Shown in pieces: positions 37,032 to 48,961 of a stretch of DNA of 64,000 bases (position 1 is the stretch's first letter; each line of letters begins with the position of its first letter). Source of the DNA: Microbotryum violaceum (taxonomy: Eukaryota); NCBI GenBank assembly GCA_001244265.2, contig CDLV01000009.1, positions 1,116,001 through 1,180,000 on the forward strand, written 5' to 3'. A program made the translations under genes and the position numbers. The notes below the pieces were generated by a model, which was given only the letters and a program-made list of their open reading frames with translations, searched no databases and was not told the DNA's origin.

Positions 37032-37816
37032 GACGAAGACAATCAGTCTGTTGTAGTTTGAAGGGTTCGTCGGATGGTGTGGAGAGGAGGTAAAGACTCA
37101 AAGCCGAAAGAGAGGTCCAGCTCATCTTGAACTGGCGGTGTTAATGACCTCGATCAGCGATGACGTCGACGTCGGTCGCGCCACGTCAAGCCCGGCCCTA
37201 GGGGCTGTACCTGGCGCCCCAATTTCCATTTTTCGATGCTATCACTGTGCGTGTGAGTTGTTCACTGGGCTTTTTGGCTCATCTCTCTTCAGCAGAATCC
37301 ACTGTAAGATTACTTCGAGATCAGCGAACCTACAGCTCAATGTCGCTGCAATAAAGCTGAGGTGATACAACACCTCTTGACTTTGGCGAGGATGTCCGGC
37401 CGTGGACTTTACTCGAAGTCGGGTATCTCCGACTCGGATCCGCCGGACGAAATTCAGTTCGCATTCACGGATCGGCAAGCAGCTGACTTTCTTTCGCAGA
37501 TCTAACACATTGGGCTCACTAGCAATCAGAGTGACGCTGTCCGAGGTTCATCATTCGAAAGCAGTTGTTGCTGTTTCGACTCATATGCCTGTCTCGACGC
37601 AGTTTTTCGTCGGCGATAAACGTCACGGAATAATTCCGCGGAATGTTCCAATGACTGACCTTTGAACCTTACCATGCGTTATCCCAGCCACACCAAACGG
37701 GCATGTTGTGAAGAATTGTCGCGCCACCGTACCCGTCATAAATCGCGACGTTGTCCTAAAGCCATCCCTGACCGAGACATCGGCGCCACGGGCGTCGCCT
37801 GCCTGCGCGCCGCCCG

Positions 37817-37896
37817 CCAGCGTGAGCCAGCGTGAGCCAGCGTGAGGCAGCGTGAGCCAGCGTGAGCCAGCGTGAGCCAGCGTGAGCCAGCGTGAG
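37817..37896. repeat. 10-bp minisatellite (SCAGCGTGAG) x8 upstream of the 14-3-3 gene
   Basis: Eight tandem copies read directly from the sequence, with one C/G variant unit. Confidence 0.95.
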
Positions 37897-38328
37897 GCCC
37901 GGCGAGCGGTCCCAGAGTTCCCCCTGCCTTATCCTACCCTGCGCTTCCTTCCCTGACTTTCCTCGCGCCAGGGCCACGGCCACTCTGGCACGCGCGTCTC
38001 GAATCGCCTCTCGTCCTTCTACTCCCACTCGTGCCTGCCCCATATCAACGGTGAGTGACCGACGTCGCACGACGTGTGAAGCGACACGAGAGCTGACTGT
38101 TGTGACCTACTTTGCCGTTCGATCGATCGCTCCACCGCCCTCCTGTGGGTGCTCATTCCGCCGTCGTCGTCATCGTCATTCCACTGGCTGCTGCTCGCCT
38201 CGCCTGCCCTCGCATCGCCCCCTGCCTGCGCGCCATGCGCCATTGTAACGTCCAAACGCGAGCAGCTCCCCGACCGCTTGCCTCGCCCCGACTCTTTCTT
38301 CCTCAACCCCACCCTCCCATCAGTCAAC

Positions 38329-40206
38329 ATGTCCGACGACCGAAGTGAGAATGTCTACATGGCCAAGCTTGCCGAGCAGGTGAGTCGTTACAGCACGGCA
38401 GCAGCAGCAATAGCATGAGCGGGAAGGATGGGAGGGTGCGTGCGTGCGTGGCAGGCGCGTTGGCCCGTGTTCGGTCGGTGCACCACCACCACCAAGCAGC
38501 ATCATCCCCGTATCGCTGCTGCAGCCCGCCGCTCTTGTCGCTTTGACGACGCGCGACCCAAGCTTCAACGCGCTGATCCCTGATGTGTCATGACCACTCT
38601 TAACAGGCCGAACGGTACGACGAGGTATGTCTACGTTTTGACGCGTAATCCGTGTCGTGACTCGGCAGAGGGGCCAGAGGGGGGCTGCTCGCTCGCTCCG
38701 CCTACGCCGATTTGGGGCACCCACACCCGTCAGCCACGCCATGCCAGCGTTGGCGGGCCTGCGGGTCCGGGCGACGACTGGCTGCTACGGGATTGTTGAT
38801 TGGGCCGCGGTCTACAGCTCACTGACCATCTGGCGCAATCGACCGGCTGTTTACACTCGTAGATGGTCCAGCAAATGAAGAGCATTGCTTCGGTGAGTCG
38901 CGCAGTGAATTTCACACTGGCGTCAAAGGGGGCCTAAGCGTCGCGCGCGACGTGAAAGACGCGTTCAAGACGACGTGGCGCTCCGAGGGAACGCCCTTTG
39001 CCAGCACCGTATACTGACAAAGAGTTCCCATGCCTTCTTCTGTTCTTTCAACAGCTCGACTCGGAACTTTCGATCGAGGAGAGGAATTTGCTTTCGGTCG
39101 CGTACAAGGTCGGTCCGGGGAACCCGCTGCCGACAGCGGTCTTAACGAGCCAAGCGACTCGAGAGCTGATCGCGAGCATCACCATGTCCCTGTGTTGTAG
39201 AACGTGATTGGTTCCCGACGCGCTTCATGGAGGATCGTCTCGTCCATCGAGGGCAAGGAGGAGGTCAGTTCACCCGCCAACCGGCCACGCCAACGCGTCA
39301 CTAACCTCGCGTCCGCTGTGTCTCCTTTTCCCGCCGTTGCGTCCACACCAGGCCAAAGGAAATACGACCCAGGTTGCCGCTATCATGGCTTACCGTAAAA
39401 AGATCGAGGGCGAGCTCGCCAACAGTCAGTCGGTCATACACCACAACAATCCCGGTGGATTTGGAGCCTGAAGCTAACGATCGATGCTCCGAATTTCTTC
39501 ATCAGTCTGCGAGGACATCCTCAAGGTTCTTGATGACCACCTTATCAAGTCGGCCGAATCCGGAGAGTCGAAGGTCCGTTGATACACTCGTGCGGATCCC
39601 CACCACCTTACATGAGCACAATGCTGACCCACGCGCGAGCGCCCTTTCTCTCTCAACAGGTCTTCTACCACAAAATGAAGGGTGACTACCACCGCTACCT
39701 CGCCGAGTTCGCTCAGGGCTCAACTCGCTCGTCATCGTCCGAGGCGTCTCTTGAGGCTTGTACGTCGAGCAGAACTAGTCCCGCGTGCGATACACGTGGA
39801 CGGGGCAGGAGGTCGTGTTTGCTGACCTCAGACGAATTTCTGTCGCTCCGCTTTGCGTTCGCGCCTCACAGACAAGACCGCATCGTCGATCGCCTCGACC
39901 GAGTTGCCGCCTACGCACCCTATCCGCCTCGGCCTGGCCCTCAACTTCTCCGTCTTCTACTACGAGATCCTCAATTCGCCCGACAAGGCGTGCGCGTTGG
40001 CCAAGCTTGCCTTCGACGACGCCATCGCCGAGCTCGACACCTTGTCCGAGGAGTCGTACAAGGACTCGACGCTCATCATGCAACTGCTCCGCGACAACCT
40101 GACGCTGTGGACCTCGGACTTGCAGGACGCACCGGCTGAGAAGGAGGAGGCTGCACCGGCCGCGGCTGGGGAAGAGGCAGCCCCTACGGGTGAGGAGGCG
40201 GCTTAA
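38329..40206 (+). CDS. 14-3-3 protein
   Basis: [74 protein letters not shown] and [18 protein letters not shown]. Confidence 0.97.
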
Positions 40207-40979
40207 ATGATTACAAAGACAGCGGTCCTCTTCCCTCTTTGTCCGAGTTCGCGCGGTATTGGGGAGCGTTGATCGTGGGAGAGTAGGGTAATCGACGAGG
40301 GCTCATGAATTTACCGTGTTTGCTCATGTTTCGAGGCCCGCGTCGTCTCCTTCTCACCTTGGATTCTCCTTGCGCGTATTCCCCACATCCACCTATACTT
40401 TTTTGGGCTCTTTCCGTCTTTGTCTCCTCTTCGATTACCTGCACGTTTCTTTCCACTCTTTTCCTTCTTCTGCCCGTGTTTACAAGCGGGCTATCCTTTT
40501 TTCTTCTTCCTTTGTTTGCTTTCGTTCTCGATCGCCGAATCATCATCTAGTATCCAAAGCCCGAAACTCAAGAAAGTGTGCAGCCGAGAGAGAGATCCTG
40601 ATCGCGAATGAGTGGGGGTAGTACAAGTCTATCGGCATGATTAGACCGTCGGGCCCAAGTCGAAGCTAGTCTGGATGCTGCGACCCCTGTCTGATCCCCT
40701 TGGTGCCTGCTGGATTCCCGAAGGCCACGATTGGCTCTTATCCACTGTCTTCGGATCGAATCTTCGCAGGAGGCGATGCAGGGTCCCTTCAGGAACTTTG
40801 TGAAAGATCTCTCTGGCCTCTACCACCCGGAAGGTAGGCACCTAAGAAATATACTGCTGCGGATGAGTTGCAACAAAATGGGACTGCTGAGTGGAGAAAA
40901 GCTTGCCACAATACTATAATGGTACAAGTCGGATCATATTTGGTCAAAGGAACTGCCCTTGTATCTCGATGTGGTTGTC

Positions 40980-42231
40980 CTATGCCGTCGTAGTCGATCT
41001 CGACTCGGACGTTCCATGATTCGTCGTGGGCCCCACATGCGACTGGACGGCATTCGCGATCGCTTGTTCCATCTCCTTCCTCTCAATCTCCAACATTCTC
41101 TTGCGTTCCTCTTCCGCCTCTTCCAATCGGAGCCTCTGTTCCCTCATTTGTGCCAACTTCATCCGTGCCTGTTCGACCTCATCGACGATCGGCCCTCCAC
41201 CCTCATCAGCTCCGTTGATGGGTGGTCGTTCATGCTGCGGTGAAGGAGGAACGTAGCCCGGTGGTCCATCTTCCGGGCTACGCACTCCTCCTCCTGCATT
41301 CGCTCCATTCCAAGCGCCTCTGAACGTCGCAGGCCCTACAACCCTCCCCGCGTCAACCTCAACGAAACCAGGTCCATACCCATTCGTATCGGACCCATCA
41401 CTGAACTGCTTGACCTTCCCATCGGTCGCTTTAGTCCAAGCCAATCGTGCGACCTCGTCACTGGCCGTACCGATCTGACCTAATGGACCAAAGGCTAAAG
41501 GACCCGAATGTATCCAGTTGCGATTCGCAAGGAGGAGAGCGGTCTTTATCGCTTCGAAGGCGCGCGTGACGGGGGAGTTGTGGGGGAAAGAGAGGGCGGT
41601 TCGGTTGTAGAATCTGCGTTGGATCGAGATCACTTTGGAAAGAACTTCGCCGGGACTGGTGGGAGGGCGACGATCGAGCGATTGTCCGGGGTGATGGTCC
41701 ATGGTCCATGGTGGGGAGAGAGCGTCAGAAATAGACGTGCAGTCGGCAACACGAATGGGTAGCGCATGGCATCGGTATGTGGAGTAGTAGCGGTGTTTGA
41801 AGGCATCGTTCGACGTGGAACAATTCAAAACACTCGAGGTCAGTCGTCTGCTTCTGCATCATAAGGGAATCTGGTGAGGGTCGACGAGGGAAGTTTCCCA
41901 TTCGGGGTTCTCCGGACTCCGACGACTGACAGATTGCCCCTGGACGCCTTTGAGTAGACGTATGCGGCGAGCACCTGGTAGACGATGTGTTGTGGGATCG
42001 CCGGTAGTTCCTTGGACAAGAGGGCGATGACTGTGATGGAAGACTCATAGAGGTTAGCGGTTTGGTCCCGGTTCGAGGGTTCTCGTGGGGATCGACATGA
42101 TGGAGGCCACGAGCTCAGGCTGCGTTCCGCTCGTCTGAGTTGCCAGTGCTCGTTGACCAGTGCTACAGGAAGCATCAACATTAAAGGAGGTGACCGGAGG
42201 ATTGGGACTTGCCTTCTTTCTGAGAGAGCAT
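40980..42231 (-). CDS. Hypothetical multi-exon protein with a C-terminal coiled coil
   Basis: Exon-like blocks IALLSKELPAIPQHIVYQVLAAYVYSK, AFKHRYYSTYR and a long terminal exon LSKVISIQRRFYNRTALSFP...EQARMKLAQMREQRLRLEEAEEERKR. The start and first introns are tentative. Confidence 0.5.
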
Positions 42232-42535
42232 GGTTCCCAACAAACCGCGTGTGCTGGACCTGACGACGGCGACCAAGTAACGGTGGACGAGAAGCTCGAA
42301 CCTATCGAGGGCTTAATTTGGACGAAGGCCAAAGTCAGACGTCAGACAAGCCGAAACCGACGCGGTTGCGCTCGTTCGACGGCGCGTGATAGCGGTGGCC
42401 GAGCACGGGGTGGCTTCTTTAATGGGGCAAATCGAAAGACTCTAATGCGCCTTTTGGAGCTTGCGCGCGGGCCACCTGTGTCTCCCGTCGACGACAAGCG
42501 AGGGTTGCGCTTGTGCTGCGTGGCAATTCTCAAAG

Positions 42536-44295
42536 ATGAAGCTGTTACGATTGCTGCCGACCCTTTTACTGGGTGTCGCATTCTCTCAAGGGTGCGTTGT
42601 GCCTACGTCTTGACTCAGTGTCATGTCGCGCATGCACTCGGTGCCTGTGCTTGTGCCGCGGGCCCCCGTGGCTGACCCTTCTTGGCTCACTCGTCACCCA
42701 CTTCTCAGCGTTCTCGCCTGGGACAACGAAGACCAGTGAGTTCCTGCAAGGCTCTTGTTGGGCACTGCATTCCGGGAATATGCCTCTGATCAGGCTCCTT
42801 GTTTTGATTGTGCTGTAGTGAAATCTTTGACATTGTTTCTGCGCTCGAACAAGCCGAGGGCAAAGGCACCACCTTTTGTACGTCTAGCCCTCTATCCCGT
42901 TCGGGTTGGTCGCTTGGCCTGTGATTCGATGGGCCCACTTTGTACCTTGATCCTACACAGACTCGTTTGTGAATGTGACCAAATCCGCCACCGAAAAGGA
43001 CATCACAAAAGCCTACCGCAAGCTGTCGCTGGAGATGCAGTCAGTTTCCCTTCGCTCGCCGCATCCCCCCCCCCCCGCCACGCACCCGATTGGCGAGCTG
43101 ACCACCCACTGCCCACTTTCACTACTTGACCTCCCTGCTCGTATTCAGCCCGGACAAGGTTGGGGATGACAAACTCGTCGCAGACCGCTTCGCCAGGCTC
43201 GGCACGATCGTCGGTATCCTCCGCGATGCTGAAAAGAGGAAGAGGTTCGTTTTTATCTCGAGATTTTGAGCCGCATCGCGGGGACTCCCAGATCTGATTT
43301 ATGGAGTTGGTTGGGTTCAGGTACGACTTTTTCTACGACCACGGTGTCCCCAAGTGGCGAGGAACGGGCTGTAAGTTGGACGCGTCTCGACTGCTTCCGG
43401 TCGCGTGACCTTTTTTTCTCGACTCGAACCCGTGACACGCGCTACCCGAGCCTTTTGAATACTAAATCAGGACATTTGATTGTTCACTGATAGACTACTA
43501 CTCGCGTTGGAGACCCGGATTTGGCACGGTCGTGGCTTCGTTGCTCGTCTTCTCATGCTTCGTCCACTACTTCATCCTCGTCGTGTCCTACTACGTGTCC
43601 AAGATGAGGATCAAGGTGTGAGTAGTTGATGGGCCATGTTTCCTTGCACGTCGCGCAAGATGGCTGATTTGTATATATTCCATACCTGCAGCTTCCACCA
43701 GCAAGCGCTCGAGCATGCCTGGGGAGCCGGCAAGAAGCCCCTCGCCGGTCGTAAGCGTTTGCACCTCAAGACGGGCGAGCAAGGCGACCCTCTCGGCGTG
43801 CCCGGTATCAATGGCGGTCGCCCGACCGCTCCTGGTGCGATCATTCAAATGGTCGTTGAGGGTACTTCCGTCTACGTCGTGGAGGATGGAGAGGGTGAGC
43901 CTTCGATCTTGAAAACGCGCCAATCAGTTACGCCGTACTCATGATGCCCAACCCTGTCTCGCACAGAACACCTCTTCTCGGAAGCCAACGCCAAGTGGCC
44001 TTCGGCTTCTCAAACCTGGGTCCCTCGCATCATCAAGAACCGTTCGGAATGGTACGCCTGGGCCACGGGCAATGGGCCCGTTGCCAATTCTTCTTCCAAT
44101 GGTCAAGGCGAGTACGAGACGACGACCGAGACGCGCGTTAATGAGAAGACGGGCAAGAAGGAGACGGTCGTGGTGAAGAAACCCAAAGGACCTATGAGGG
44201 GCGTGGAGTTGCAGGGTAAGGTCGGCGGAAGGAGGCGTGTGGTCAAGCCTTCGAAGCCTGTTGCGCCGGCTAAGGAGGAGAAGAAGGAGAAGTAA
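42536..44295 (+). CDS. ER membrane DnaJ-domain protein (Erj5-like)
   Basis: Signal peptide MKLLRLLPTLLL, then W-NED-EIFD, a J-domain (ATEKDITKAYRKLSLEMH|PDK...DRFARLG...RYDFFYDHGVPKWRGTG), YYYSRWRPG and a transmembrane segment. Confidence 0.85.
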
Positions 44296-44663
44296 GGGAC
44301 ATGATGAAGGCTCGAGTAACGGGTGGAGTTGACGAGATGAATGCACAAAGCAAGGCGGGAGGAGGAGAAAGCAAGAAATGATGACATGCGTTCGAGGGAG
44401 AAGCAGATTGGAATGATGCATGACTATCCGGGGTGTGTCGAAGACACCATCACCTCCTCGAGGTATTTCACAGGAAGCGACTTCAAGCTTTCATGTCTTG
44501 GGTGGGGACATAGTGTGCACTTTGTGTCGTAGTGACATCCCTCGCGCCTGGAACTTAAAAAAAATGGGTAATTGCAATTGATCATTGTATGCGGCATAAG
44601 AGGTCAACTTCGAGCGAGCGCTGTTCTTTTCAATTCAAGATCTGTTCTACACCTGACAAGCGT

Positions 44664-46228
44664 CTATTTCTCCATCTCCTCATCACCCGCATCCTCAGTC
44701 GACAAGACGGCAATAATCTGCCACCTCCCTACAAAATCACTCTTCCACAACCTCACTCTAGCATCATCCCCAGCAGTACTCAACACCGTACCCGTTACGT
44801 TCCATCCAACCTTGACGGTCCCGATCCCACTCGCACCGGCATTCCGATTCGACGTCCTCGACAAGGACTTGGGATGCGAATGAAGGTCTTCGAGTTCGTC
44901 ATCGACTTTGGCCCTCCATTCTCCCGTCGAAAGGGTCAGTTCATCCTGGGTGTCCAGGGATGGTGGATAGATACGCCAAACGCGCGCTCGAGCGTCTCTT
45001 GATCCCGAGGCGAGAAGTTGGTAAGAACGACCTGAGGCGGGGGCCCAGGCGAGGGATGCGGTGGGGGGCACGGACGCGTAGGAGGATGAGGATGAGCTGG
45101 ATCGGGCGGGGATGAGGTTGAGGAAGTTGGACCAGGGGGCATGGTCGGGGAGGTGGAAGAGCTGATCGATGAAAGCGAGAAAAGTGGTTAGACCGAAGTG
45201 AGAAATCCGTGCTTGAACAATGGACTGACTCGAATAATACCCGACGTGCCGGACGATACGGCCAGTCGTTCTCCCCACCAAGCCTCCTTACACCAGCTCA
45301 GTGACCAACCACCATCAGTCTCAATCGTGCCACCTTTCCTGCCATCGAAGCTGCCTCCGCTGGCGGAGGAACCCATCGAGCTGACGGCTGCGGTCCCGAG
45401 CGAGGACGAGGCGACCGAAGCATGGATCCCACTCCTGTTAGGGCTGGCCGACGTATCGGAACCGCTCAGGAGGGACGAACTGGCATTGAAGCCGTCGAAG
45501 GATTGGGCCTGACTGCCCGATGGGTTGGAAACCCCTGTCGCGCTTGCCGGAGTGGGGAAGTTGATCGTACTCGAACCGGCGGTCGACACCCCCAAGGAGG
45601 GTCCTTGCAAAGTGACGGATTGTGCGGTCGAAGGTGCGGCCGTCAAGACGGTGAGGTCGATATCGTTGACGAGGGACCACTCGGACAGGGTCACCGGGTC
45701 GAGGCATTCCCATACGCGGAGATGGGAATCACTCGACACGGCCGCGAGCTTGAGTCCAAACGCGGCGGGAGCGAATTCGATCGACCGGATCGTTCCTCTG
45801 GCGTCGGTCAACACGGCTGTGGGGCTCCATCGTTTGGTGGAAGAGGATGCTCTGCGCCCCCCTAATGTTGCTGTGAATCCGGTTGCGCCTGATGAGCCCC
45901 TCACGGTCGTACCGGTAGCTCCTCCGGTGCCACCAGCCGCCGTGGCGACTTTGACGTGATCCCAGGACCAGAGCTTGATCGATCCGTCTACAGCACCACT
46001 AGCGAGTACAGTCCCAAACTGAGGCTCAGCCCAAGCGAGGTCAAGCACAGGCGAGTCATGGGCCTTCCATTCGACGGGCCTGGCATCGTATGCGCCGGTG
46101 GTGGTGTCGCGTTCGGTGACGCGGATGGTGTGGTCGAGCGAGCAGGTCGCCAGTCGATGGTGTTGCGAGAAGCGGACGGCCGTGATGAGGTCCGAGTGCT
46201 GCGACGAGATGGCTGACTGCGAGGCCAT
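44664..46228 (-). CDS. SEH1: Nucleoporin/SEA complex WD40 protein Seh1
   Basis: HSDLITAVRF, WKAHDSPVLDLAWAEPQFGTVLASG, IEFAPAAFGLKLA, LAWAPASGRSYQLLASG and VGWNVTGTVLSTAGDDARVRLWK. Confidence 0.9.
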
Positions 46229-46423
46229 CGTTGAGCGTACAGCTGCGGGAAAAAGGAGCGCTGTCGCCGTGTGGGGTAAAGCTGAGTCGCAGTCGAGCCG
46301 AGGCGCGCAGTGTGGCTCAGTGTGGCAGATTCGGGCGGGCGTGTGCGACCGAGCAGTGGTACCGATCGGGTGCATCTCGTTCCTCTTTTCGCTTCCGGTA
46401 ATCACTCCGCAAAGTCGATCATC

Positions 46424-48818
46424 ATGTCGAACCCTCTGCCTGTGTCCCTGCCGCAGGAATGCCGCAAGGCCGCCAAGCTGCTCAACGCTTTCGCTGACCG
46501 TACGTCACCACCACCCACTAACCACCGCGACCCGACTCTCCAGTCGCAATTCGGCTTCTCCTCTTCTCCTCTTCACCTCTTCAGGCGATCAGCATCGACG
46601 GCTTACCCCGCTTGCTCATGTACACCACCCCACAGCTGGTAAAGGTCTGGATTCGATCATACCTGCCAACGTATTGCGCAAAGCCAAAGGTATGTCATCG
46701 CGCAGCCCACCCAATCTGCAACCCCCGAATGGCACTCTACAGTGCTCGGCGTTCCCCTCGGTTGCGCAGTGCCCACCCACCGACTGAAAAGCCTGCTGAC
46801 CATGCTTTGACACCACAATTCACAGGTTTTGCTTTCCTCACCGTCGTCAAGGCCGGCTTTGTCTTTTCCGCTCGCGCTGGATCGGGTGTCGTCATTGCTC
46901 GCTTGCCCGATGGCAGTTGGTCCGCTCCCTCGGCCTGCGCGACCGCCGGAGGTGGGGTCGGCTTCCAGGTCGGCGTCGAGATGGCCGAGTTCATCATCAT
47001 TCTCAAGTAGGTCCCCAACTTTCCATGGCTACTTTCAGCATCCAGGAAAAAGCTTTATCTCATCGCATCGTCACTCTGGCTTGCAGCTCTCGGGCTGCTG
47101 TAGCTTCCTTCATGGCCGCCGGCTCCATTAGTCTCGGCGGCAACATGTCCATCGCCGCCGGGCCCATCGGTCGCAACGTCGAAGGCACCGGATCCATTTC
47201 CTCAAAGGGCAAAGTCGCCGCCATGTACTCGTACTCGCGAACCAAAGGCTTGTTTGGAGGCGCCTCGATCGAAGGCTCCGTCATCGTCGAACGATCCGAT
47301 GCGAACCGACAAGCCTACGGATTCGATGTCAAAGCCAAGCAGTTGCTCTCGGGTCAAGTCGATCCTCCCGCGTTCGCCGACCTCTTGATTGACACCATTG
47401 TTCGCAAATCTGGAGAAACTTCTGAACATGTGCAGCGAAGCAATAGTGGGGATGATGACGATGACATCTACAACGACGATGACTTTGAGAACGATTCGGG
47501 GCACGAGAGAGGCGATTCGTTCGGCGGCGATCCTAAAGCGTATTCGTTCGGAAGCGCCTATGCGAGTGGAGGTAGCTCTTCTCGACCTTCAACCCCCGGT
47601 TCTCCAAAGGTGGAAAAGTTGCTGTCTTCCTCGAAAGGGTTTGGCAGCAAGTTGAGCAACTTCGTCCCCGGGAGTGCGAGTCGATCGAGGAGCAGTTCGG
47701 TCGCCACCGCGCGAGCCGAGATTGGTGCACCGACCAGCTCGTTGATGGCCAAGGAATCGAGCCGCGATGGACCCATATCCACTGGAACGACAAGGTTCGA
47801 AACGGAATTCACAAACGAGTTTGAGCAATCGGACGACCTCTTCAAGGATGGCGAGCACTGGAGAGGAAGCGTGGATAATCGAAGAAGCTCTGCGGCGAAA
47901 CTGACCAAAGCTTCCTCGCCTCTCACCTCCTACTCGTCCCCACGGGTAGGAGGGCCCGGAATCAAAGACATCGGTGCTGTTCCGGAGTGGGAGGCTCAGG
48001 CTTCTCTGACGAGGGACTCGTTCGATTCTCTGGATGATGATCGAGCCGAGCGAAATGGGTTCGGGAACAGATACGACGATGGAGCTCAGACCGATTACGG
48101 AACGATAGGAGGGTCTTCGTCTTCCTCAGGAGGGCGTTTCCGATCTTCGACTGTAGGTTCCAATACTCGACCTACGGGACTGTTCGCGAGGGCGCGAAGT
48201 GCGTCCAGTCCTTGGTCAAGCAAGAGCAAGAAGGCCGCCGCAGCGAATGCACGTGCAGCTTCTCCTTATATCAACGAGCGGCCATCGCCTTTCGAGGACG
48301 ATGACCTGTCGAACAAAAGCACGTATTCTACGCGAGCTCGATCAGGATCTGCTGGTCCGGCACCCTGGGATTCGGAGGAAGAAGGTTTCTACAACACCGA
48401 CGACAGTCCGGCCTCACGATTACGTTCATCCTCAAGAGGCGCCGGGAGAGCCGACGAGAGCCAGCAAAACATCACCACGACACCAAGAGGCGAGCGAAAG
48501 GATCCGTTTGATTTCTCAGAGGTCGACGCTGATTTCGCGTCGAGCATCTCTTCGCACCATCCTGGTGGAGCCGCAGGGAAAAGGTCCGGGAATTCGACGC
48601 CTAATCGAGGGAGGTCGAGGTCGGGCACGATCGGGGGTATCGGGAAAGCCATTGCGTTGTACGACTTCCCGGGTGTCGAAAGTACGGATCTGCCATTCAA
48701 GAAGGGGGATGTGATTACTGTTCTGAGCTGCGATGATGAGGAGTGGTGGAAGGGGAGGTTGAATTTGATCACTGGCATGTTCCCTAGGAACCGAGTCGAG
48801 GCTCATCTCGATAAATGA
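46424..48818 (+). CDS. Ysc84/Lsb3 (SH3YL1) actin-binding SYLF plus SH3 protein
   Basis: NPLPVSLPQECRKAAK, KAGFVFSARAGSGVVIARLPDGSWSAPS, AAGPIGRN, YSYSRTKGLFGG and a C-terminal SH3 (ALYDF...DLPFKKGDVI...WWKG). Confidence 0.92.
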
Positions 48819-48961
48819 GCAAATGGGCTAGGAGTGAAGTTTTGAAGATCAGCTCTTTTGCGGGTCATCAGTGCGGCGCTTTTTTATTGGTTGGAACTTG
48901 CAACACGAAACAAATTACATCTTGACAACAGAAAGGCGAAGTGGGACCTGTGATAGCTAGG

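Noticed and set aside
37817-37896. Repeat array as a possible CRISPR or telomere seed
   Set aside because: The 10-bp units are contiguous with no spacers, the context is eukaryotic and the unit is not TTAGGG-like.
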